From the NCBI GenBank assembly GCA_046563655.1, contig CM102284.1:7378001-7442000 (forward strand): a stretch of DNA of 64,000 nt, read 5' to 3'. The first letter of the stretch is position 1. Every line of letters begins with the position of its first letter. This stretch comes from Yuukianura sp. NJ FZ-2021. Lineage: Eukaryota. A program made the position numbers and the translations under genes. The notes beneath the pieces are model-generated. The model made no database searches and was not told the DNA's origin. It saw nothing but the letters and a program-made list of their open reading frames with translations. Shown one piece after another: positions 51,077 to 62,400 of the stretch.

Positions 51077-51844
51077 ATGTACATAGTTTGTTCCTTGACA
51101 ATTCTATTTCTTGGAATTTCTGCCAGTTCACTTCAAGTTCAAAGGTCAAGTGGCCCCTTGGGGTCAACTTACAGCTCAACCAATCAGAACTCGACTTCCA
51201 AAGGTGACCTTGGCCTTGACCTTGAACAAATGTCAAAAATAATTCAGGAGAAAGTCAATGCGACAGCGTATAGCCTCGTTCCAGCGGCAGTCATTACAAG
51301 ACAGGGTACAGGAACCACGACACCAGGAACTTTAAGCGGATTGGCTACAACGATCGGTGTCGTTGGAACTGCACTCGTTCTGGTAAGAATTTTGGAATTA
51401 CATTTGAACTTTTTAGAAATTGTTTGTTCTAAATTTTAAAACAGATCAAGGGAGGGATGACATTCTTGCTCAGTGTGGTGAAGATGTTTCTAGTTCCTGC
51501 AATTGTGTCGGTATTTTTCCTGGCAATTGTCGTAGGGGGAGCTGTGTTTTTCTTGTGTGCCATAACTGACTGTCAAGGTCGTCTGGGGTCAACTCTTGGT
51601 GGGACATCTACAAAAGATGATGGTGGGGCAGGAGAAGGTGGGGCAACAATGATTGATAACAGGTGATTCATTTTTGTAGACACATCTTGAAGTTTCTGGA
51701 TTACAGTCAAAATTTTGACTTTCACTTGAACTACAATTTCTGATTTTTAGAAATACGGTCACCATCCTTCAAGAATTGATGGCTGTAATTGAAGGAATTG
51801 ACCGTGGCTACAGAAACTTTGAAGATAATGTCAAAGGTCATTGA
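51077..51844 (+). CDS. Family A member A4
   Basis: Exons 51077-51382, 51445-51662, 51751-51844; TATAAATA 50993-51000; TRQG, IKGG...FLCAITDCQG, IEGIDRGY. Confidence 0.82.
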
Positions 51845-51979
51845 CTCCTGCATTAAAAATACTTTTAGACCCACGATATTTTTTAAAACTGTTTGTTCAA
51901 TGTTAAATTAAACGTTAGAAAGAAACAAGTTACTCAAGAACTGAAAATTCATTATTTAGAGTAAACTATATTCAGCTCA

Positions 51980-52349
51980 TCGAGTTTGTATTCGCTGTTA
52001 ACATTTTAGGAACGCAGTTCTGAGGTTGAACGTGTTTTGCTCACTGTTTGGGTTAGCTTAAAACCCTTAACCGGTTAAGGAGAAAGGAAAAGGAGTCTCA
52101 CCAATGGGGTGATGACGAAAAACTATGAGGGCAAAGTTGGACCAAAAATTATAAATTTTGTCGAGTTTGCATTCGCTGTTAACATTTTAGGAACGCAGTT
52201 CTGAGGTTGAACGTGTTTTGCTCATTGTTTGGGTTAGCTTAAAACCCTTAACCGGTTAAGGGGAAAGGAAGAGGAGTCTGACAAATGGGGTGATGACGAA
52301 AAACTATGAGGGCAAAGTTGGACCAAAAATTATAAATTTTGTCGAGTTT
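51980..52349. repeat. Tandem direct repeat, two 181-bp units, at a duplication junction
   Basis: Units start with TCGAGTTTG at 51980 and 52161, and the start of a third lies at 52342. The copies are near-identical. Confidence 0.9.
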
Positions 52350-52380
52350 TTGTCGAGGCAAAGTTTTGATTGGATTTGAT

Positions 52381-52639
52381 GGTGGGACTTCGGTGGGATC
52401 AGACAACAGCGGAGGGTACTTATAAAATATTGGGGTTGGGGAGAAGGAGAAACATGAGCAAAAAAAAATTCATTAGTCAAAATTTTGCAATTTTGAAATT
52501 CAATTTTAGGAACATTTTGGAAGACTTTCTCTCCGTTTTCCAGGGAATTGAAGACGGGCGTCAGAAATATGAAACATTTTTGGGTCAAAGGTTACGCATC
52601 CCTGCATACGTGCATACAACAATCGAGTCTCACAATTAG
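52381..52639 (+). pseudogene. Orphan 3' fragment of A3 (end of exon 2 plus exon 3)
   Basis: GGTGGGACTTCGGTGGGATC...NILEDFLSVFQGIEDGRQKYETFLGQR matches 50158-50402; no upstream exons are present. Confidence 0.8.
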
Positions 52640-53290
52640 GTTTTTCAATGTTTTAGAATTGTGAATTAATTAACACCAAATACAGATACTAAAAAACCAA
52701 ATAATTACGAAAATAAAATACTTAAAAAAAAACGCTAAATAAAAATTGCAAGAAAGTTACTCAAAAAACCGAATTTTGAAGTAGGAGTAGGAATTGTACG
52801 GAGATCGAAACTAAAAGTAATCCAGTTTAAATCCAAACTTGCAGAGAGGGTCAAAATCCATATTCTTAAAATATTTTGAGCCTTTGACCTTTTCGAAAAA
52901 CGGCCATAGGTCATTGACCTTGAGCTTTTAGCGAGCAGGTTGTTGTTTGTAGCAGTATCAAAGAAAAAAGACATTTCGAGTCGGAAAATGTGATGATTGT
53001 TACCGTTTTAATTCTTTTTAGCAAAGCAAGAATGGAATTACATCTCCATTGATTCAAAATTAGTTTTTCATTTGTATAGTTTATCAGGAAGTGACAATGA
53101 TTTTAGACTCAACTTGACAATTGCTATGAATAGTGCCATTTATGGCCTTAGTCACGTCGTCTTCCCCTAACTAAATCATGGACCAATTATGTAACAGTTA
53201 GGTCTTAATCCCTATAAATACACCGACAATCAACCAAGTTCCGATTTTCAGTTGAGTTTTTTCAGAAGCTTGAAACAGAAAAACCGAAAA

Positions 53291-54664
53291 ATGTACAAAG
53301 TTTGTTCCTTGACAATTCTATTTCTTGGAATTTCTGCCAGTTCACTTCAAGTTCAAAGGTCAGCTATTCCTGACCCCTTGGGGTCAACTTCCAGCTCAAC
53401 CAATCAGAACTCGACTTCCAAAGGTGACCTTGGCCTTGACCAAATGTCAATGATGATTCACGAAAAGGTCAATGCGACGGCGAATAGCCTCGATCCTTGT
53501 TAGATAGTCGACGACAAATCCAACTGAAAGGTCAGATCCTCTACCCGAAGAAAAGTCCCTTTCGATTTCCGTTCCCACGCCTAGAACTAACGATGTATCT
53601 CTGATCTGAAAATGACCACTAACTCGTTCTCGTTGATCAATGAATGCAGAGTACTCAACTCCCAATTAGCCAATTGATTACTTTTAATGAAAACTTAATT
53701 TTAAATCCAATTTACACAATTGCCAATTCTTAACTTAGGGAGAGAGTCTTACTCTGTCAACGGTTGAAATCTTCCTTTTTACTTATTCTTTTTCTTACGC
53801 GTCTTATTCAATATAAAGAAAGGACAGAAAAAGAAGAGACGCTACAAAAGGCCCAAGGCCAGACGCTATCAGGGCTCCCAATCTTCACCCACAACTTACA
53901 GAAAAACTATACTTATCGGAAAGATGAAAATTATAGCCAACACACTATATACCATAACCATTAAGTCCCCCGAGTTTCATCAAAATCTGAGCTTTCGTTT
54001 TGGCGGGAAACACACTTAAAACTTATTAAAAAATCTATAAAACAGAATAACCTTAACTATTTAACAATCCTGCTCCCGTCATCACTCGACAGAATACAGG
54101 AATGACATGGCCAGGGACTTTGGATGGATTGGCCACAACGATTGGTGTCATTGGAACCGCACTCGTTCTGGTAAGAAATGAATTCTAGAAACAAACTTTG
54201 AACTTTTTAAAAATTGGTTGTTCTAAATGAAACAGATCAAGGGAGGAATGGCTTTTGTGCTCAGTGTGGTCAAGTTGTTTCTAATTCCTGCAATCGCATC
54301 AGTATTCCTCCTGGCGATTGTTGTAGGTGGAGCTGTGTTTTTCTTTTGTGCCATAACTGACTGTCAAGGTCGTCTGGGGTCAACTATTGGTGGGGCATCT
54401 GATGGACCTTGGGCTGACTCAAAAGATGCTGGTGGGGCAATATCGGTTGATAACAGGTCAGTATTCTTTATTTTTACACATATATTGAATTTTCTGAATT
54501 AGGCAAAATTTTGAATTTCATTTGAACTATAATTTTCGGTTTTCAGGAATACTGTCAACATCCTGCAAGAATTGATGGCGGTAATTGAAGGAATTGAGCG
54601 CGGATTCCGAAACTTTGAAGGCGATGTCAAAGGTCATCGATCACTGGATTCAAAATACTTTTAA
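53291..54664 (+). pseudogene. Family A member A5 (A4 duplicate), exon 1 interrupted by a solo LTR
   Basis: MYKVCSLTILFLGISASSLQVQR...NSLDP is followed by the insertion, which brings a stop at 53503. Removing the insert and one TSD copy restores APVITRQNTG...ALVL. Exons 2 and 3 and their splice sites are intact. Confidence 0.82.
53498..54066. mobile_element. Solo LTR, 569 bp, with TGTT...AACA ends and a 5-bp TSD (BEL/Pao-like ends; superfamily uncertain)
   Basis: Termini TGTTAGATAG / CTATTTAACA (9 of 10 inverted match); TSD ATCCT at 53493-53497 and 54067-54071; absent from paralogue A4. Confidence 0.88.
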
Positions 54665-55305
54665 ATACACGATATTTTTTTTAAAACGCGTTTTAAAGTA
54701 ATTATTACAATTCTGTTCAATGTTAAGTTAAACGTTAGAAAGATACATGACATCTCAGTAGCTTAAAATTCATTGTAGAGCGACTAGTTTCGAAAGTTTT
54801 TGAAAAAACGGAATTGAAATTTTACTCTGATGAGAGAAATTTTTGAGAATTCCACTTAAGTAGGCACTTTAAGTCAATTAACGGTGGGATTAATTACAAC
54901 TTTAATTACTTTTGCTCTGGGTCAAGTTCTGTTTGAATCGTTATCCGGAAGGTCACACTTCATAAAGTCCGTAATGAGGTCATTGTCACTTGTGCTTGTG
55001 AAAACCATTAACATATAAATAGAAATATGGATTCTGGCTCGTAAATTTTGGATTTTTAATTTTAATTTTTGATTTATGGCACCCTATTCTGGGTTCTCGC
55101 TTTTCGCTTTATTAACTAAGCTCCCAAATTTTAAGACTTGCTGCTCGTCTTCACTCCAAATTTTGAATTTGAAGCAGCGACCACCCTTGTTCCGTATAAA
55201 AACTTCGACCACTTCAAATTTGAAATTCAGTTCCAAACTTTTATAAAAGAACAAGGTGAACGGTCCCTTTTTTTAATTTTAAGTTTTTTTTTAAATTTTG
55301 GAATC

Positions 55306-55954
55306 ATGTTTTTGCGGTTGGTGAAAGTTGTGCTTACTCTAGTTTTTGTTTTGTTTAAAAATTTTGATTTGGCATGCGGAAGAGAGGATTCGGCTCGATT
55401 TGGATTTCCAATTCTCTCTACTACGTTAGTCTCAAATAAAACAATGCATCCCAGCGATATGGCTGGACAGGTTAGTGTAAAATTTTGAAACTCGAAAGAA
55501 TCAAAATCAAAATTTGAAAAACTTTTGATTTTTTAAGCTGATGAGCCTTCCAGTGATCAAACTTGGGATGCTGTCTTCCGTATTGACATTTTTGTCACCA
55601 GTACTTCAAGGGCTGCTGACGACTTCTCTAATTCTGTTTGCGTTGGCTGCAACTGCAGCGATTGTTTGTCAATCGCTGGACTGCCATGCTGCTTTAGGGC
55701 TTGGACATCACGGAAACCATTTCAATGGTTTTGGTCAGGGTCCTGGAAACGGATTTCCTAGAAGACGCTTGTAGGATGCTTATTTTATTATATTATATGT
55801 ATTATTATTATTTTAAGTATTATTATTATATTAAGTATTTTTATTATTATTAATTTTTATTCTGTTTAGGGATGTGGGAAGACAGCATTGGCGAAACTTT
55901 CAACACCGGACAATCCCTCGTTTAGAAGAAAGTTTGGAGAAAGTTGGAAATTAA
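55306..55954 (+). CDS. Family A-like member A6, diverged
   Basis: Exons 55306-55470, 55538-55770, 55870-55954; signal peptide, IKLG...hydrophobic...VCQSLDCHA; intron phases 0 and 2 as in A1-A5. Confidence 0.7.
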
Positions 55955-56096
55955 GCGAAAACGGGCAGTTGAAACAAAAAATATAAATTAACTGGCAGTA
56001 TTTATTTTTAATAGCACATTATTTTTTTAATGAATATAGACAGTTTGTCCTTAGGTCATTGACCTTTGACCTCATTAGTCGTTTTCATTTGAAACT

Positions 56097-57316
56097 TTAG
56101 ATGTAGATGTTAAGTTTGTTGAGTGTTTTGCAAAAGTCATCAAAGTTGACAACACCGTCTCCGTCCAAATCGCTTTGTTTGATCATGTCCTGTGAAAAAG
56201 TTGAACTATTTCAGTAAAAATCTTGACCTTTGACCTTTTCATAACATTTGACCTTTACGCTTTTAAATTAGAGGTCACCTCAGCTTCTTCTCGCTCCAAA
56301 TTCACTCCAAGTAGTTTAGCCGCCATGTTGACCTCTTTGACCCCGAGAGCTTTACGTTTTTTGAAATCCATTGACTCAAAGCCCCGCCGGAGCCCTTGAA
56401 CATCATCTCTCTCCTCGACTTTGTTTTTAATCAGGGACAGAAACTCCTTGAAGCTCACTTTACCTAAAGATTTTCAAAAAATATAAATTTGAACAAAATT
56501 TCACTCAAAATTTTGAACAAGAACACGAACTTGTGTTATTACCTTTCTTGTGTTTCGAAACAGCGGCAATCGCTGTTGACACTTCGGCTTCAGTCGGTTC
56601 AATTCCCATTGCACGGAACACCATCTAAGAAACAAACGTCACTAAACAGTTAGTTTAAAAAGTTGACCTTTGACCTCCCTCTATAGAGGTCAAATGTCAT
56701 CTTCCTCCAGAAAATACAAAGTTCTTACCGTAACTCCCTTGTGTCCAATGAATCCTCTGTTTTTGTGGTCGATGAGGTCAAAAACAGTGAATAGCTGCCC
56801 CACTTCAGCTCGGTTCAAAATGCATTTCGGAATTTTGAGGTCAAAATCTTTCCGATGTTGGCGTGCCTGCTCGATCGGACTCAATTCGACATATTTCTCT
56901 GCTCCCTCGTCCGTCGTCAGTGCAAACGGAAACAGCTCCGAAAAAACGTCTCCGATGTCCTCTTCTTCTTCATCTTCATCTTCTTCCTCATCTTCTTCTT
57001 CCTCTTCCTCATCTTCATCTTCTTCTTCATCTTCAATTTCTTCCTCTTCTTCAGTTTCTTCTTCTTCTTCAAATTCTTCCTCTTCTTCTTCAGATTCTTC
57101 TTCTTCCTCTTCCACTGCTACCGGCGGCGCTAAAACTTCAATGACCTCCGGCTCAACCTTTGCTACTGCCTTCTTCTTGCCCTTCTTGACCTTTGACTTT
57201 GATTTCTTAACTTTCGTCTTTCCCTTTGCCTTCTTCTTGGCCTTTGGCTGGAAATTGTTTCGTTAGGCTAACATGTTATGTATGGTTTTTAGTATTTTCA
57301 CTTTGATACTTACCAT
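56097..57316 (-). CDS. Divergent centrin/caltractin-like EF-hand protein (~293 aa) with a Lys-rich then poly-Glu N-terminal extension
   Basis: Exons 57316-57314 (ATG only), 57247-56729, 56624-56543, 56463-56279, 56189-56097. Centrin-like segments: FDLID, FRAMGIEP, GKVSFKEFL, AKLLGVNL. Canonical EF4 loop DLDGDGVVNFDDF. Confidence 0.85.
56960..57112 (-). repeat. Coding GAA/GAG/GAT trinucleotide tract (poly-Glu/Asp)
   Basis: About 50 nearly continuous acidic codons in the centrin-like gene. Confidence 0.85.
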
Positions 57317-57523
57317 TTTGAACGTCGAGCAACGATATACGGCTGAAAATGTCCAAAAATCGGCTTCCGGATTCGCAAAAGAGAAAGGTTGACCTTGACC
57401 TGATGAAATTCGTGGCTCAACGAACAGGGATGTATGAGGGAACACATGGAACTGTACTTTTACTGGAATTTTCTAATTATTTATTTATTATTTTTATTTA
57501 CATAATAATTATTATTAACATAC

Positions 57524-57537
57524 GTTGCTGTGGCAAC
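57524..57537. promoter_or_regulatory. RFX X-box upstream of the centrin-like gene
   Basis: GTTGCC-AC-AGCAAC on the minus strand matches GTNRCC-N0-3-RGYAAC and lies about 210 bp upstream of the ATG. Confidence 0.65.
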
Positions 57538-57974
57538 AGACGCCGCCGTTACACAACATGCACGAGATGCCTTTACAAAACTGTGAATTTACTCTGAATA
57601 TTGTGTGTGTACGGCGAAATTAATTTTTAAACGGAAAAGAAGTCCAGCAACCGGCAAACGAAGTTTTTTATTTTGATAATTTATTTTTTGAAAAGTTATA
57701 AAATAAAGCCATTCTTATAGTAAATTTAGCTTCACAAGCACATCTTTTTGGCGCCAAGTTTTAGTTTTGGAAGAACGTTTAGTTCTGGTATGAGTTTCTC
57801 AGAAGACGCTTCTTCGTTCAGCTTGGAGTGACTGGACCAACCTGAAAACATTTCGAAAAATGAAGTTTCAAAATTCAAAATTTGGAAATTTCGAAGATTT
57901 CAGTGTTTGAAAATGTACTGGATTGCAAAAACTTTTTCCACCCGTCTGCTGTTTGGTTTTCTCAATTTGGATTT

Positions 57975-59471
57975 TCACGATCTACGCATCCTTTGCCGTT
58001 CTTTACTGTTTCTTGAGCGCAGCGGACTGCTCAAAACGCTGCTGTTGGAATCGCTGTTGCTGAGCAACGATTCAAGAAATGTGAGCAACTTCGGATCGTT
58101 CAAGGCTCTTTGCAGTTCTCTTTTGGCAGTGACTACTTCTGTAGGTGGATTGTTAAGGTAGAGACCCACCACTGCTCCAACAGCCACCACTGCTGCAGCC
58201 ACCACAATAATTCCCCAAGCCAACAGTTTATAATTCGTATAAAAAATTGATACTCTGTCCATTATCGTTTTCTCTGGAATTGCAATTTCACTTTCAACTG
58301 AAGATGAAGAAGCACCAAGGTCATAGTGTTCTTCAAACTGATGAGAGTCCGGGGAACTCGACCCCCCGGGGTAATCGAAACCACTGGAAGCAGGAGCACT
58401 GGGCCTGCGCGGGAGATTTGGTTTTTGAATACCGTAGTAACTATTGAGTTTATTTGGCCAGTAACTGACATGTTTTTGATTAACATAACTTTCACTTCCA
58501 CTTGGTCCATTTCCACTACTGTGACCTTGAGGTGACCACTGGACAGGCGGTCGCCTTGGTAACGTCACTGGGCGTCCAACGGACAGTGGTGGGGCATTGC
58601 CTCGGTGGAAGTTCAAATTTGGCGGGTCGACAACTGTAAAGGAATTTGGTGGCGCTGATTCTTGAGCCACCGAATCATTCCAGTCTTCAAATTTTTGAAA
58701 AAAGCTCGACTCCAGTCGTTTCCCGCTGCCGGCTTTTCCTGTTTCGTTTTTAGCGTCGTAAGACGCTTCAAAAAGGGGCTCAAAGTCGAGAGCTGACCTG
58801 CCTTCGACATTGGACGAGTTGATTTTCTGGTGACTTTGGATTGTTGAATTGCTTAGTCGGAGAACTGACAAGGGATGGACGGTGGACGTCGTCATGGACG
58901 GAAGGACGTTGGACATGGACGGAAGGACGTTGGACGGATTTGGCGGAAATCGTGGACTCCATGATGACTGGATTGATTTGGGCGTCGTGACTGCTCCGAG
59001 CCCCATACTTAAAATGTTAATGGCCGTTTTAAAGTAGTTATTAATATTGAGATTCTGAGGTTGACCTTGGTTGACCTTTGGGCGTTTGACAGGATGACCT
59101 TTGACCTTGGGCGGACTTTTTTCCGTTTTTTCATGGTTTCCGTTTTTCTTTTGTTGAGCAAGGGCCATGGCCACGACGGCGGGCGTCGTTCTGTTGTGAT
59201 GAAATATTTTGCTGTTTGTGACGATGGGCGTTTGCTGAAGTTGGGCTGACACGGTCCATGGACAGCGTGACAAATGGTCAACTGCTAGGATGTAACAGAG
59301 AGTCAGTAACGCAACGGTAAGGATTTTGAATAGGAAACTTCTTGGCTGATGCAGTTTTTTGGTATGTTTTTCGAAATTTTGAAATTTCGGTTCCAAATTT
59401 TGTAAAAGAAGAAAAGCCGTTGGGGTTTCGGCTGGCGACGACGTCGCTCTGCGCTTCAGTCTTTGTCTCAT
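57975..59471 (-). CDS. Uncharacterised ~500-aa membrane protein: N-terminal hydrophobic segment, S/P/N-rich region, C-terminal TM
   Basis: Long open frame with first ATG at 59471; hydrophobic FLFKILTVALLTLCYILAV and LLAWGIIVVAAAVVAVGAVVGLYL. An acceptor at about 57842 suggests one further small 3' exon. Confidence 0.75.
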   Translation of the reverse strand: MRQRLKRRATSSPAETPTAFLLLQNLEPKFQNFEKHTKKLHQPRSFLFKILTVALLTLCYILAVDHLSRCPWTVSAQLQQTPIVTNSKIFHHNRTTPAVVAMALAQQKKNGNHEKTEKSPPKVKGHPVKRPKVNQGQPQNLNINNYFKTAINILSMGLGAVTTPKSIQSSWSPRFPPNPSNVLPSMSNVLPSMTTSTVHPLSVLRLSNSTIQSHQKINSSNVEGRSALDFEPLFEASYDAKNETGKAGSGKRLESSFFQKFEDWNDSVAQESAPPNSFTVVDPPNLNFHRGNAPPLSVGRPVTLPRRPPVQWSPQGHSSGNGPSGSESYVNQKHVSYWPNKLNSYYGIQKPNLPRRPSAPASSGFDYPGGSSSPDSHQFEEHYDLGASSSSVESEIAIPEKTIMDRVSIFYTNYKLLAWGIIVVAAAVVAVGAVVGLYLNNPPTEVVTAKRELQRALNDPKLLTFLESLLSNSDSNSSVLSSPLRSRNSKERQRMRRS

Positions 59472-62400
59472 TTTGATTTCAGCTGTACTCCGCCAATCAA
59501 TCACGAATGCTTAGATAGCATTTCCTTCACACCTAGAATTCAACACAATCAAGACATAAAGTAAACAGCAAAACAGTCGACACCAAAAAAGTCAACAGCA
59601 AAAGCGAGAGAGAGTTTAACACATTAACTGAAAAATCAACAAATTCTCATAATTTAATTTGGTCAAAATGTGATTTGACGTTGAAGTGAAGCAAATTTTT
59701 GAGTTTCGCACGCCACGAATTCACGGACAAAACTTTTGACCATTTTTTGCGCATGTGCAATGCCTAAAACTAATTATTCGTCTCAATTTGCACTTGAAGC
59801 ACTTAAAGAATTATGAATGACTTATGTGTCTGAAGATGAGAATAAATGGAATGTTGGTTAGTAGGTTAAATACCTCCACTGAGCTTCTCATTCAGATTAC
59901 ACAGTGACTAAAAGTGTATGCTCTACGCATACGTTATGTTTTTACACACCTTTTACTCAGATGACAGATTACAGGAATTCTTAATACAAATAATAGATTT
60001 TCGCATTACTGCAAAAAAAAATGGACCAAAAATTGGAAAAATTTCACAGGAAATCGAAATCCCAGATTCCATTCATTTTCTCAAGTAAAACCGATGTACT
60101 ATGCTATGATGCATATTTTACGAACGAATTCGAAACTGAGTTCTACGTTTCGTAACATTTAAAAATTTTTTTTTCAATTTTCATTTGGATTGTAACGAGA
60201 GCTTGTAAGTAGAGATGAACTTTTTAAAATTTGTATTGTTTCGAACGTTCCAAATTTGGATCAACAAATATTTCAAAAGTGATCAGATTTGCAAAAAAAA
60301 AAAGAACAACAGAACAAAACAAATGGGAATCCAACTGTGAAGAACCGAATCTTCACGGATACGTAAAATTGCACGTTCATGGTTTCTAAGTACAGAGGTT
60401 TTGTATTCTCTGTTTGCAAAAATTTCAAATAAGCTAAGAATTCTAATGGACTTGAAATTAATAGTGTACAATTTAAGGTGTAATTGTCAAAAAATATACC
60501 AAAATGATACACTCAAGTCACCAAAAATTATAACGCTTTTCATAATCCCAATTTTCTTCGTCACCAGTGCCATTTTGAACAAGAATTTTCTAGGTAAAGT
60601 GAAAGTTTAACAGAAATTCTTCACCTTTCCTTTCTAAACTGTAGGTTAATCTCATTAAAATTTTGAGTCATTGTTGTGACTGTTTAGCAATGAAAATGAA
60701 GTTTTGGATTTGATTCAACTTTTAAGTTTATGCGAAGCTCAAAGGCTCATCTTCTTTTTCATGGCATAGTAAAAAGACTACTGTCAGTCAAACCCACTTG
60801 ACCAGTGACACGCTAAAACGTAAAGTAAGAACCTGATTTTCCTCTTGGAAAACAAGCTTTCTCTGTCGAAATTTAATTTTTTGAAAGAGCCAGCCAGGTA
60901 GACATACTTTCGATATTCATTGACATTGATACTCAACTTGAAGATACTTGGAAGCATCTTCAACTGTTTTTGGTACAGTAGTTGAACAAGTGACAATTTC
61001 CGAGTACTGTATGAGGGGACAATGTCATCACAAGGTGACATTTGTGTGGACAGGGTCTACTTAACTCACAACGAAAAAAAATTTTTAATGAAACGACTTT
61101 TCTTACTTTCAAATCCTAGAAATCTTCTTGTTACTTGTTTACTTAATTAACTCGTTAGTTTCAATTGTTTTGGGCCGCTAAGTACCTATTTTACTTTCAA
61201 AAAAGTTTGGCCTAGAAAAACAAAAAATTGTATAGTAGTTTTTCCAAATTTCAGTTTTAAAAATACCATTTCAAAATTCAAATTTAGTTGGTTTCCCTAA
61301 CCCTAACCATGGTTTTTTCTAATTTTTGTCCATACCGTAGCCAATCATAATTTTTTGTGGTTCGATAATATTTTCAAGAACTTTTACCTGTGAAATGTCC
61401 TTATCCAAATTTCAAAATTTTGAAACAGATGTCCCCTCATATTGCACAAAAAAAAAGTTTTCGCTAATTTTTTGAAGAAGTATAAATTAGGCCATCTTCA
61501 GAGAAGAACAAAACTGCTTTTGGCAAAATAAAAATTGGGTCGAGAGGAAAACTTAATACAGGAGAGAAATAGAAACAACTTGTGTTGATCTGCACTGGTT
61601 GTTACTGCAAGCGTGTAGCCATTTGGCGTAAGAACTTATTTAGTAAGGAAGTGATGCCCTTGGCATTGCAAAAAACTGACAATGGGAAGAACAATTGCTG
61701 TAAGTGGAGCCTCTGTGTCTGACCGACTCAACAACTTAAGTTACACTGACTTCATTACTCCCAATTGCACATTTCTCAGACTCCAACAAAGGAGGAAGTG
61801 GAAGGGAAAAGTAAATTGGCAAAAGTGAAGCTCCTCTTCTGATTTGTAAATCTGGAATTTCATAAAACACTGAAAATCACAACCAAAGATTCAAAAAAAA
61901 TGATGTAAACAAACGTTATGCAACTTTAAATAAAATTTACAAGATAAAATTGGATGCACAGTCTAGTTTGAAATTTTGAACTGGAATCATCACTGTGTTT
62001 TTTCATAATTTTGGATTTGTCAAATTGAAATCACATCTTCAGCGCCGTTGCCGTTTGTTTAGAAAAGTTACCACTAGGGAACATTTAGAGCAAAAAAAGT
62101 TCGGTTCGGTGAGCGTTGAAGTCTGGCAAAGATTTCAAATTGCAATTTTTTTTTTACTGTTTTTCAATGTTTTAAAAAATTTGTTGATTTTTTTAAATTC
62201 TTACTCTACGTCTAAAGTTCAGTATTGACTAATTGAATTTGATTTTTTTTTGATGAGCTACTTGCACACCCTGAATCTGAATTGGCAAATTCCTTTGCCT
62301 CATCATCATCTCACTGGCGTATTTAAGTTCAGGATTAGAAAATTGGGAAAAATTAGGAGAGCATGGGCAAGGTTCAGCCAAGAGTGAAATTGAAATTGAA

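Noticed and set aside
51980-52349. Direct repeats as a CRISPR array
   Set aside because: Two contiguous 181-bp units with no spacers, in eukaryotic DNA.
56670-57266. Plus-strand poly-Ser, poly-Phe and poly-Leu ORFs
   Set aside because: Antisense shadows of the poly-Glu tract in the centrin-like gene.
61295-61308. CCCTAACCCTAACC telomere-like repeat
   Set aside because: Only about two units, which is expected by chance.
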